Below, one piece after another: positions 41,312-52,929 of a stretch of DNA of 64,000 nt (positions are counted from its first letter, which is position 1; every line of letters begins with the position of its first letter). This stretch comes from Octopus sinensis (taxonomy: Eukaryota). The position numbers were made by a program, and so were the translations under genes. Location: NCBI RefSeq assembly GCF_006345805.1, contig NC_043012.1:38750001-38814000 (forward strand). The letters run 5' to 3'. The notes beneath the pieces are model-generated. The model was not told the origin of the DNA and searched no databases. It saw only the letters and a list, made by a program, of their open reading frames with translations.

Positions 41312-41690
41312 CATATAGGGAGAGTTTACGAAAAAAACAAAAGACGAAGACAGGTGGTGTACAAAACAAACAAATGTAATAGTATAACGCTCAGGAATAG
41401 AAAAAAAGTCTTTTACGTTTCGAGCCTACGCTCTTCTACAAAAGGCACACAGAAAAAACAAGTAGAGAAACAAGGAGAGAAAAAATGTGTGTAGTGGCTA
41501 ACGATCTATCATGCCGAATAATACAAAATGGGACAAGAACGCAAAACATCCGGACAGCTAGGTGATACAAGAAGAGACAACAACACATCCAGATAGACGA
41601 TACGAAGAAAACAAGGACTGGTAATTCGTAGTTTTCTTTCTTCAGTCAAGTACCAGATTATCCTCGCAATTTCGGCTGATTATATATACA
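41295..41690 (-). mobile_element. Penelope pLTR-like repeat with degenerate hammerhead motifs
   Basis: Minus 41446-41408: GCCTTT-TGTAGAA-GAGCGTAGGCTC-GAAACGTA-AAAGAC; second decayed CTGAAGA..GAA motif near 41620-41660. Confidence 0.5.
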
Positions 41691-41939
41691 TGTGTGTGAG
41701 TGTGCGTGTGTGAGTGTGTTCGTGTGTGGTGGACCTTCCCATCTGATACGATGTATAAGCGTTCAGTTTTTACCGAGCGATCTGCACAGATAGCTTGTTT
41801 CCAGTGATCAAATGTGCGTGCCGCCCATTAGCACACACTCTCTCTCTCTTTCTCTTCATCAAACTGACGCTCTCTGAACACGTGTCGGACGCTCTCTGAA
41901 CACGTGTCGGACGGATCGTAGCGCAACGTGAGATGAATT

Positions 41940-42040
41940 TTTTTATGCTCAAGAACGCAATGTACCACCCAGTCTAAGAATTGAACGCACGATCTTGCGA
42001 TCGTGAGTGCAAAACCCTGACCACTGGGTCATGCGCTCAC
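41940..42040 (-). mobile_element. tRNA-derived SINE head fragment
   Basis: Minus strand TGACCCAGTGGTCAGGG (A box) and GTTCAATTC (B box). Confidence 0.6.
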
Positions 42041-43124
42041 ACGTGTACACGCACACACAAACACATCCACACACACACACGCATAAACAAACACATACAC
42101 ACAAGCACACATGCAAAGATATGTAAATAAACCGTTTTGTTTCTCGAGCCCTAATTCTCTGCAGGTTTTGCAGCTGCCGCCGATATGCGAGATTCTTTGT
42201 CTTATTTTTAAGGGCATGAAACTGTGTTTTAGCGTTTCAGTCGCTAACTGATGAAGAATTAGGGTCTTTCTGTGTCTGCCCAATGTGTATATTTTTTGAG
42301 TATTTAAGGCATTTTCCATTTATATATAATACAATATTGAAGCAGAAATTGTAAGCATGTCACCCAGTTTGATTTTATGCCACAGCGATGGTCCGCTGCA
42401 AGAACTTAAATATCGGAGGGGGATTTGTATCTTGGTTCTTGGTGTATATATTTTTGTGAATGTGTAGTGTAGTGAATTCTTATTCTTAGTGGTCTGCGCC
42501 CTCCGTATGCTTGAGCTAGTGTTTCTTCGCCCACCTGCAGTGGCATGAAGATCGATTCGCGAAGCAATCTTTCTGGAAAGAGGCAGGTACTCTTATTTCT
42601 GCTTGCTTATTTCGTTTGTCCGACGTCAGAGACAACATCGCAGAACGCAAAAATACACGCACACACAAAACAAAAAAAGACAAACAATAATTTGGATTAA
42701 GTTTTTTGACTTAAATCATTGCATAATCATTTTTCCAATCTAATATTCAAGGCGAAACCGATATTATGAAGTTCTACTCTACTCAATGTATTGAGTACCA
42801 TACACAGAAAACGGTTTCTTTTTCGATAGTTCGATCAAGCCCCACCCTAAAGAATACATTAATATGTTATTTCATTTATTTATTCATTTCTTCATTTATG
42901 TATTTATATATTTATTTATTTAAATATACATCTCCATAACTGATTTAAGGCCGAGTATTTCGTGCATGCGCTGAAACATGTGTGTGTGTGTGTCTGTCTG
43001 TGTGTAGATAAGTGTGTGTATGGTTTTTAGTTTCTGTGTGCGTGCGGGCCTGTTCGTGTTTATGCGAGAGCACCGAAGCAAACACCTACATGATTGCATG
43101 TATTTACAAAACAACGTATATATA

Positions 43125-43167
<43 letters not shown>

Positions 43168-43935
43168 ATATATATATATATATATATATAATATACCATA
43201 AGAAGGTTAAAAGAAAGACACGAATACTATAGGAAGATTACTGAGGTTTTATTGTATTGGAAGCTAAAGGTAGGATGTCCTCAATAATAACAACTTTCAC
43301 ACAACACAAATTATATACCAACTCGTAATGTCCTCAAAATGTTTTGTTTAATATTTTCTTTGCTCAAATCTAATTTTATTTGCCTTTTATAATTTTTACA
43401 TTTGCTTTTGTTTCTTCCCTCTGAGCACCTCCTCCAGATCGTTGTTCAGTAACCAACATTTTAAGTAGGTTACCGATTTAAACCTGAAATGTTACAGGGC
43501 AGTATGTGTGAAAAGGGACTTATTTTCTGGTTGAGGACACGCCTTCTAAGTTAAGGTACTTAGCATAGCAAAGCATAGCGGAATAAGGGAAAGAGAGGAA
43601 GAGAAATAAGAAACGTATTACAGAAGGCGTTGCTATGAAAGGGGAATGGGAATGGAAATTGAAGTGGAACAAATATTATATAAATGTGAAAGTGAAACTA
43701 AACAATAAAATGAAGGAAAATATACGGGGGTGCTTCAAACAAAGAGCATAACATCTTTGCATAGATACATATAATATTCGTGGCCACTTTAACATGGCTC
43801 TCCGTTCGAGCGGACTCTACTGCCATTTTTTAACCCCAAGAGGACATCTCCTCTACCTGGTTAACGATGTATAGCTGCATCCGATAAAATTGCCAACAGG
43901 GATGCGAACACCTGCAATCTTCTAGCGACGGGACC

Positions 43936-44035
43936 NNNNNNNNNNNNNNNNNNNNNNNNNNNNNNNNNNNNNNNNNNNNNNNNNNNNNNNNNNNNNNNNN
44001 NNNNNNNNNNNNNNNNNNNNNNNNNNNNNNNNNNN
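43936..44035. other. Assembly gap (100 N)
   Basis: Exactly 100 N, typical of an unsized scaffold join. Confidence 1.
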
Positions 44036-44432
44036 ATCTTAACTTTTCAAACCTCTGCGCAGACGCAAACCATACCCGGCGAACAGAGAGGATGCTGGTA
44101 AACAATTTACGAACAAATTTATCAAGCAATATTTAAACATTATCAAATAGGGTAATAAAATAAATTATTATTACCAGAAGCACATGTGTGTATGTATGTA
44201 TTCTGAGCTTTTATTCAAATGCATTTATGCAGACACACATACTTATATCTATTCATACACTTACACACAATGAGCTTCCAAAGTCTCCATTTACCAATTC
44301 CATACGCATGGTATTGGTAAAACACACTCACCCAAGTGGTCATGCATCAAGACAGAACTCAAAGCGGTTTGGAAACTTTATCCACACAGCCATGTCTGCA
44401 CTTATGAATATTTAGAGAAAAAAATTACTTAC

Positions 44433-44532
44433 CTGCCGAGGAGATAGAATTTGTTTTCCTGGGGGAAATGTGCCCCATCTTTACCATCACGTTTGATGAC
44501 AACAATATTTCCATAATGCATGGTTCCATAAG
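44433..44532 (-). CDS. MKI67: Exon encoding the N-terminal part of a Ki-67 (MKI67)-like FHA domain
   Basis: TTTTCAGTTTCAG| acceptor and CAG|GTAAGT donor; encodes AYGTMHYGNIVVIKRDGKDGAHFPQENKFYLLG(R), resembling human Ki-67 RLVTIKRSGVDGPHFPLSLSTCLFGR (recalled, not searched); ATG at 44521 in ACCATG context; ends in phase 2 within the GR codon. Confidence 0.8.
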
Positions 44533-44682
44533 CTGAAACTGAAAACGAAATTGCCATCAATTTTAATTCCAAGTCTCATTATTCATGTCAGATATGTGAC
44601 CAACAGACACGAGTTTCATAAACTGTTCACAAAGGGCCACAGGAAATCACTGCACAGCAACCAGAATCGAGTCTAAATCAAC

Positions 44683-45461
44683 GTGTCAAAGTGCTGTCAT
44701 CTGCCTGTTGGCTCTCCTCCTGCAACTCAACTTGATTTCGAGCCGGGTCGTCTGCTGCTGGAGAGGACCGATCAGGTAAAGGACCTGGGTATCTTGGTGG
44801 ATTCCTCCTTTTCGCCTTCGGCCCAGTGCGTCCATGCTGCCAACAAAGCACCCGGAATTCTGTTCTTGATTCGACGGTCATTCGGAATGCTCACAGCAGC
44901 CATATTCCTACCACTCTATGTCACGCTAGTGAGAACCCATATGGGAGTACGGGATTAAGCCTCTTCTCCTATCTCCTCAAAGACATACGCATCTCGAAAG
45001 AGTCCAGAAGCTGGCTACCGCATGCGTTCATGGTCTTAAAAATTTGTCCTATGAAGAAAGGCTGAGGACGCTCGACCTTTATTCTCTTGAAAAACCGCCG
45101 CCGCCGTGGTGATCTCATTCTCGCCCACAACATCAATAAGCGTAACCTCTCGAAAGAGCTGTTCTTCACTCCTGCTCGAGCGGTCGGCTGCGGGGTCATT
45201 CCGAAAAGCTCTACTGCGACGATTCATCTCAATCGAAGGAGAGGAGCTTTCCCGTCGGGTTGCGGATCCGTGGAACAAGCTGCCAGACGAGATGGTGAAG
45301 ATGCGACGACCGCTTTGTTCAAAGCCTCCCTTGACCTCAAGTGGCCTGAAACTTTTACATGAACACCACCCTGTACTTAACTCCATGTCCCCCTACATGG
45401 CCTTGCTATTTGCTTTTGAGCCAAATTAACTAACTAATTAACTAACTAACTAACTAACTAA
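44683..45461 (+). mobile_element. 5'-truncated CR1-like LINE
   Basis: VKDLGILVDSSFSPSAQCVHAANKA..IRRSF..LY..LVR and YEERLR.L.L..LE.RR.RGDLI; (CTAA)n tail at 45424-45461. Confidence 0.85.
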
Positions 45462-45774
45462 GGGTATGGAAGCCTGTATGGCTCATCATTACCCTCTGAT
45501 ATCCACTATTCCATGTCAGCATGAGTTGAACAGAGTTTATCAAGTTAAATTGTATGTGGCCAGGTCTCTTTCCTGTCATCATCCCTCACTTGATTTCAAG
45601 TACGATAATATTTACCCAGGGCCAGACATGTTTTCACAGGAGATTGCAAACAAAAAACACTTCTTGTATGATTGTGACAACAATCACACATTATCAAGAC
45701 AAGGAGACACAAACACACGACAGGTTTCTTTCAGTTTCCTATTTCTTTACTACCCACAAGGGGCTAAACACAGA

Positions 45775-46110
45775 GGGAACAAACAAGGACAAAGGGATTA
45801 AGTTGATTACACTGACTCCAGTGTGTAACTAGTACTTAATTCATCGACTCCGAAAGGGTGAAAGGCAAAGATGACCTTGGCGGAATTTGAACTCAGAACG
45901 TACAGACAGACGAAATACTGCCAAGCATTTCGCCCGGCGTGCTAACGTTTCTGCCAGCTCGCCACCTTTCAGTTTCCATCTACCAAATCCATGCACAAGG
46001 CTGTAATCGGCCCAGGGATAAGGTAGGAGACATTTGCTCAAGTGCCATACAGTGAGATTGATCTGATTCCACATTGTTGGGAAGCAAGCTTCTCAATCAG
46101 TCATGTCTAT
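45775..46110 (-). mobile_element. Family 2 SINE (45775-45965) plus an adjoining fragment of another SINE
   Basis: CGAAAGGGTGAAAGGCAAAG..GGAATTTGAACTCAGAACG..GCTAACGTTTCTGCCAGCTCGCC. Confidence 0.75.
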
Positions 46111-46179
46111 GCCTATATATATACACATACAAGATATATATATATAATATATATATTATATATATATATATATATCTAT

Positions 46180-46239
<60 letters not shown>

Positions 46240-46614
46240 ATATATTATATATATATATATATATATTATATTATAAATATATAATAGAAGTAGGAGTGGC
46301 TGTGCTTCTAACAGTCTGTGCGTCTAGGATTACGAAGGCTTCCCACGGAAGAACCTGGCCTGGCAAATATATTCTGTGTGTTTAATAAAAGGAGATAGAA
46401 ACCGTTCGGTCTGGGATATAGCTGAGATGGTAAATGCTTTTAATTTTCATTCCTTTCATGAATTTATCCCTTTTTGTGTTTCTAGCACTACGCTTCCTTA
46501 TTTGGAAGCCTTTTATTATATTTCTATACGAAAAATATAAAGTCTAGTGACTAACTCGTTTTTTGTGCTAGGCCACTGGTATAATAATTTATTTTATTAC
46601 CCTATTTGATTATG

Positions 46615-46647
<33 letters not shown>

Positions 46648-46664
46648 TTATATATATATTATAT

Positions 46665-46695
<31 letters not shown>

Positions 46696-46974
46696 TATAT
46701 TATATATCTATATATATACTTACATAAACCACACACTATCTATGTTATAGATGGTCTAGTATGCGTATATACTGTTGAAAAAATATTTACGTAATTCAGC
46801 GTGAAAATTTTAATTTTAAATTTAATGTTTTAATTTACTTATATTTCGTATATAATTATCTACCATGCGTATTTGGAATCTGTCCGTCGATTTAATGTTT
46901 ACTTCCCTTTTGCAATAGGATGAATTCATACTGAATTTATTTTGTTCATTGCATGCTTAAGACCGTTAGTAGAA

Positions 46975-47112
46975 ACGACCAATGAAACAAAACCATTTTA
47001 ACAGGTGTATCCTTCAATCTGGTTTGTTTTGTTGTTGTTTGAATACATCGTCATTTCTCTCCCACTCTAACAAATCTGTCCGACGAACGGCAACGTGAAA
47101 CTCTGAGTAAGG
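46975..47112 (+). promoter_or_regulatory. Candidate CCAAT + CHR promoter with short first exon
   Basis: CCAAT at 46979-46983, TTTGAA at 47038-47043, CpG-containing stretch, then GA|GTAAGG donor at 47107. Confidence 0.35.
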
Positions 47113-47438
47113 GTTATTGTGATATTTCTGCTGCTTTTAAATAAAGTATATATGTGTGTTTGTCTGTGTATGTGTATGTGTGTGTTTGCGTGTGCGTGTA
47201 TGTATATGCATATGTGAATATATATATATGTTTGTGTGTGCGTGCGTGTGCGTGTGCATGTGTCTATCTGTCAGAGCATGGAGAACCAATCAGCAGTACA
47301 AAGAAATAAAATGCCAATCCCTTTAAAATGACAACTACTTTAACAGTACCAGAATCACCATCCGGTTACATCACCCGAGGAAACACAACTAGATCTCATG
47401 ATCCTGGGAAACAGTTCCATAATTAAGTACCTGCTTAC

Positions 47439-47466
47439 CTGGAGAACTATTCTGCCTGGAATCCAT
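47439..47466 (-). CDS. Candidate upstream coding exon (MDSRQNSSP-) of the Ki-67-like gene; exon possibly 47439-47568
   Basis: ACAATGG start with an in-frame upstream stop, CAG|GTAAGC donor, phase 1 end that joins in frame to the 44532 exon (G|CT = Ala). Confidence 0.5.
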
Positions 47467-48469
47467 TGTAATGATAAAAAAACCCACATGTCCAGGCGTA
47501 GCAATTTTTGTTGGCTCCCATTTTCTCAGTTATCTATTCACATACACAACAGATGCCAAAACGCAAATCTGGAAGTACGTATAATACTACTCCTGGATAG
47601 CACAGGATAATTCTACTACGTTCTTAACAGAAAATGCCATAACTAACCCATGCGCACACATATTGTATATACTTATATTGGTGTGTGTGTGTGTGTGTGC
47701 GAGTGTACTAAGGGGAATTCTGTATATAACACAAGCCTTCCTTTTGTATAAAGACAATGGCTGTTCAAAGTGTTTACGACTAGTTTGGTCCAGCAAATGT
47801 TTCCGTTTTTTTCCCTACATTAGTAATAGCATTTCAATAACCTCCGGTCGTGATGAGTTCTCTGTTTACAGCCATTTTCTATCCATAGGCCTCAGCTTCT
47901 GTTAATATTCTGTAACGCCTTCATGTTTCATCCATCATGCTGTTGATGTAGCCTGAATCTCTTTAAACACTCGATAAAAGCGAAAGTGTTGTTGTAACTC
48001 GTTTATTCATGTTTCTGAAAGAAGGGACATGACAATCAATCTTTCCTTAAATTTGCCATCTGTCATCCTAATATAACAATTTTCTGTGATGACAAGTTTT
48101 CTCTATATTGCGCTTATGCCTGATTTACATATAGTGACTACTCTATTGTAGTATACGTTAATTAGTCATGCGCCGAACTTTCTACATAAATAATCGGCCA
48201 CATTGTATACAGTAGACAAATGGAAATAATATCTTTATTAGTTGCGCAGTTAATATCATTTACAGCTTAAGGTTCTGAAAATAGCGTCAGCTAAAAATTC
48301 CAGTTGACGGACAACTAATAAATATGATGGCGTATAACACCACTAAATGATGCACCATTTACTTCTCTCTCACTAATGTAATCTTTACTGTCATCTATAT
48401 TTATAATTGACAGACAGACTGATAAATAGATAGACAGATACGCACACACACGGATAGATAAATAGATAA

Positions 48470-48540
<71 letters not shown>

Positions 48541-48589
48541 TATAGGTAGATAGATGGATATATATATATATATATATATATATAGATAT

Positions 48590-48651
<62 letters not shown>

Positions 48652-48677
48652 GGATATATATATATATATATATATAT

Positions 48678-48736
<59 letters not shown>

Positions 48737-48899
48737 CATGCATAATACGTACATACATAACATAAGTATATACATATGTTGTTGGTCGACTGTCGTGTTC
48801 GATAAGCTCCAATCAGGGACTTTGTTCATTTGTGAACTCTTATACAGGATCCGAGGCAGAAATCAGATGCACAATTGCGGCCGCATAATAGACACACGA

Positions 48900-50200
48900 T
48901 GAAACGGCCAACTGTATTAGTGCCAATCTTCATTGCAATACGCTTTTCCACATAACCAATTCAACATTAATTTTAGTAGGGTTCTGCTCTCTTGCGATTT
49001 GTTTGATTCCATTCAGACCTGCTCGCGACTATGTTTTCCCATTGTTCTTCATCGATGTCGTATTTCTGGATGCCGGGAGGAATTTATTCTTCGTTGCTCT
49101 ATAGCAGAGTTTTGGCCCGTCCTCTTGGCCAATGGCCCACTGTTAGTTCATTGTCGAAGAGCTGTTTTGGTAGTTTATTTTCCTGCGTGCACACGACGAG
49201 TCCAGATCATTTTAGCTGAACCTGTATCAGCGGTGCATCTATGCCTGCAATCTGAGTTTGCATAAAAACTTTCACATTTGCGCATCTCTGGTACCACTTG
49301 ATGTTAAATATGCGTCGCTCCGATTGAGAGCCTTACAACTCGCGTCCACAGAGCAATGCAGTCAGAACAACCTCTCTGTATACTGCGCACTTCGTCAAGC
49401 CCTTTCCATCCCACACTTGTAGAGTCGGTAATAAGATACACTTACTCTGGCGTTGCGATTGGTATCTCTTTATCAAGGCTGTTGGAGAAGGAGAAATCGA
49501 TACGTGAAGGATTCAAAGTTGTTAAGGGCTTTGTCTTCCATCTTTATTTCGGCATGTTTACTCTTGAGCACTTTTCCGGTTGCAGCATCACTTCAGTCTT
49601 CTTGGTGCTTATCGTGAGTCCGAAGCACTTGGTGGCTCCGAAGGTCATCCTCCTAGTTGGCAACACTCGCACAGTCATCAGCATGGAGGAAGTCAGAAAC
49701 AAGTGATTTAGTGACTTTCATCTTCAGCCTATTTATGTTGATCATTGCGGGGATCTTACCAATGATGCCCTAAACAGAGATCCTGCGATAGGTGTCGTTA
49801 CTGGACGTTGTCCTTGTACAGATGCACTATTCTAGTATATTGCAAATCTTGCTGTAGACAGCCCCCATCCCCAGCACCTACAAAGGAATTTCTGTATCAG
49901 AGATGGACTACCTACTTTGAAAACTTCAAACGAAATAGCATCGGGCAGATTATTTGCTGCAATTCTGAAATTTCTTCAACCTTAGGACCCTGTTAGATGC
50001 AACCATCAACATACATCGCGGTTGGATCCCCAAGAGTAACCAAATGAGGTTATGTATATTATCGAAACTTTTCCTTTTTGGTATATCTCTCGGTGTCTCG
50101 CGATTCTTTCCTGCGACTTTCTAATCACGCGTCCACTGTAGTACTCGAACTGTGATCACGGAATGCGGTGAAGTAGCGGCTTGACGTGGGGAGACTGCCT
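48900..50200 (-). mobile_element. Degenerate RTE (BovB-like) LINE RT relic
   Basis: PDAISFEVFKVGSPSLI, VSDFLHADDCA, GLTISTKKTEVMLQP, FTY..RNARVSVSY.RL; multiple stops. Confidence 0.75.
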
Positions 50201-51163
50201 GATCTCTGAGCTACGCATTCGATCGAGTATGTATACTCAATGTATACGGATATATATATATATATATGTATGATGTATGATGTATGACATATGTGTATAT
50301 AATGGAGTGTATATATGTGTGTGTGTGAATGTGCTTGACGATACACGCCTGCTGTGTGTCTGTGTAAATGTGTTAGCTATGAATTACATTTCCAATATCT
50401 ATCTCTCTTTCCCCCCCTCTTTTTCTCTCTCCATCTTTCTTTCTCTCTATATATGTTTATGTGTTTGCGTGTGTGAATACACACCAACATATACTGAAAT
50501 GTATACACACACATATATGCATGTGACTTTATACCAGTCTGACTATGCCTGTGTAGTGTTTGTCTGGATTTATGTATGTCCTCTACATATTGTATTTCCA
50601 ATATTTATATACGTCGTACAATTTCAGCAATATATTCCTCTATAGAACCAGCACAATCGAAGTTAATAAAATTTATAAAAAATACTAACATTTTCCAAGA
50701 CATGTAATGATTGCAATAAAATTTATTCGTCTGCAAAATTCTTCATCGAAAAATTTCTCAGACAAATCTTATTTTTGTTTTTACCTTTTCGTTTGTATAT
50801 TTATTTTATATTCAGTTATGGTTTTTTTGCTGTACAGATATACAAATTCGTACGCATACGCACATGTGTATATATTAGTTTTTAGTCGATGTATTTAGTT
50901 TTTATTTACATATCTCCTAAAATTATTCATTGGTGTCTACATAATCTTCAGTATATGCAAACATATACGTGCATTCCAATATATATATATATATGTATGC
51001 ACAAACTGTTTGTTAAATAAGTCATCTGTATCGATATGCTTTGCATCAGATCGCTGGAAGCAATTTTCTTAATATTCAAACACAGGAGCGGTGGTAGCGG
51101 GGATTCTGACAGTGACAATGTATCATATGATTATTATTATTATTATTAATAATAATAATAATG

Positions 51164-51219
<56 letters not shown>

Positions 51220-51225
51220 TAATAA

Positions 51226-51480
51226 TATGGAAACCTGAGAATTGAGATCGCTAATATGTGGCAGCTACGAAAGTCAAACATAAAGGTTGTCCCTATTGTC
51301 ACCGGAGCATTGAGTTCAATACCGCACAAGCTGAAGAAACATCTGGAAACTTTAGAAATCGCATGCGATCCTGGTCTTATTGAAAAATCCGTATTATTTG
51401 GAACTGCACGCAATACTACGTGAGCTACTGTCTGTCCGAGGTCCTTGTTGTGACTTGACAGACAGTATAAACCCCCGGTT
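51226..51480 (+). mobile_element. 5'-truncated Dong-like 3' end, family D
   Basis: YGNLRIEIANMWQL..VVPIVTGALSSIP..KSVLFGTA; preceded by (AAT)n. Confidence 0.8.
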
Positions 51481-51489
51481 TATCAACAA

Positions 51490-51830
51490 CATCACGATGG
51501 AAACAGTGAAGAGTGAGAAATATCAGTCACTGCGGGACGAGATAGGAAAGTTCTGGGGCATGAGGAAAGTAATGGGGATACCAGTGGTAATTGGAGCAGT
51601 AGGGGTAGTTTGCAAGGGCTTTGAAAAACATATTAAGAATATTGGAGCTGCTGTCAGGCTGGAGGTGATCCAGAAGACAGCATTGTTGGGTCCAGCTCGC
51701 ATTCTAAGGAGGGTATTGTCTCTTTGAGACACAGGAGAAGGCACTACTTGAAACCTTTAGTGATTTGTTATTGTCTGCTCTCAAGTAAAGAACAATCGGA
51801 AATTAAGAACTATCTGAAAGTTTTTCAGAC
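51490..51830 (+). mobile_element. 5'-truncated Dong-like 3' end, family E
   Basis: EKYQSLRDEIGKFWGMRKV..PVVIGAVG..QKTALLGPARILRRVLSL; ends in TAATAATAAT. Confidence 0.8.
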
Positions 51831-51854
51831 TAATAATAATAATCATCCTATATA

Positions 51855-52220
51855 TTATAGGCACAAGGACTGAAATCTGGGAGATAGGATAAGTCGATTA
51901 CATCGACTCCAGTACTCAACTGGTACTTATTTTACCGATCCCGGAAAGATGAAAGGCAAAGTCGACCTCGGCAGAATTTGAATTCAGCATTTGAAGACAA
52001 ACGAAATACCGCTAAGCATTTCGGCCGGCTCAATGATTACAAAATTTGAGTCACGCCCAACAGTTTCAGGGGCCGGGGGTAAGTGGATTACATAGATTTC
52101 AGTGCTAAGCTGATACGTATTTTATAGACCACGGTGGAATTTGAAACTCAGAACGTCTTCCAACAGAATGTCCCTAAGCCTTTTGTCCGGCATGGTAACG
52201 ATTCTGCCAGCTAAACTGCC
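51855..52220 (-). mobile_element. Two tandem family 2 SINEs
   Basis: CCAGTACTCAACTGGTACTTATTTTACCGATCCCGGAAAGATGAAAGGCAAAGTCGACCTCGG plus a second diverged unit. Confidence 0.75.
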
Positions 52221-52339
52221 TCGGGAAATTAGAATCTATGAGACTCAAAATATTGTGTTGACATCAACGAACCACATTTTCAGAAAGGTTCTAATGTATA
52301 CATGACTTAGGTCTCTGTTTGAGACTCGGTCGGATGAGG

Positions 52340-52822
52340 AAATTGACAATAAGACTGATGCAGATAAACCAAACATTATATTAAATTGGCAAAATGTAGA
52401 ACCTCAAGACTAAAACAATACTTCTGTCATAGAACCCTAGGAATGATAGCACAACGGGTTGATTGCTACATATCCCAGATAAAGGAAATCCAAAAATATA
52501 GTACTCATAGGAACTGCTCATATCCGAATAAAAGATATTGTCTACGTAATCCCCAAAGAATTTTAATCTGTCAACGGTATCAAAATACTTTTTAAATGTA
52601 CAGAACAGCAAACACCTTCACCTGTCATCTTAACATTACACTATAATCTTAGAATCAAATTGTTTTGAGAACAAACTCCTAATGTTCTTATATTTTCAGA
52701 GACATACTCGAGAACAATACTGTGCAAAACACCAACTTGGACTACTAACTTGTTGTCTCTTCGGGTCTCTGTGTGAGAGTTGGAGTCAACTTGTACAAAT
52801 ACAAAGTAAATGCCAAACATAT
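52340..52822 (+). mobile_element. Degenerate Dong-like 3' end, family B-related
   Basis: NLKTKT..TLGMIA..EIQK..IGTAHI; 3' UTR GTGAGAGTTGGAGTCAACTTGTACAAATACAAAG matches 55030-55075. Confidence 0.7.
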
Positions 52823-52829
52823 AATAATG

Positions 52830-52904
<75 letters not shown>

Positions 52905-52929
52905 TTACTACTACTAATAATAATAATAA

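Noticed and set aside
41866-41912. 21 bp direct repeat GACGCTCTCTGAACACGTGTCG x2
   Set aside because: Adjacent two-copy slippage duplication; no spacers, so not CRISPR-like
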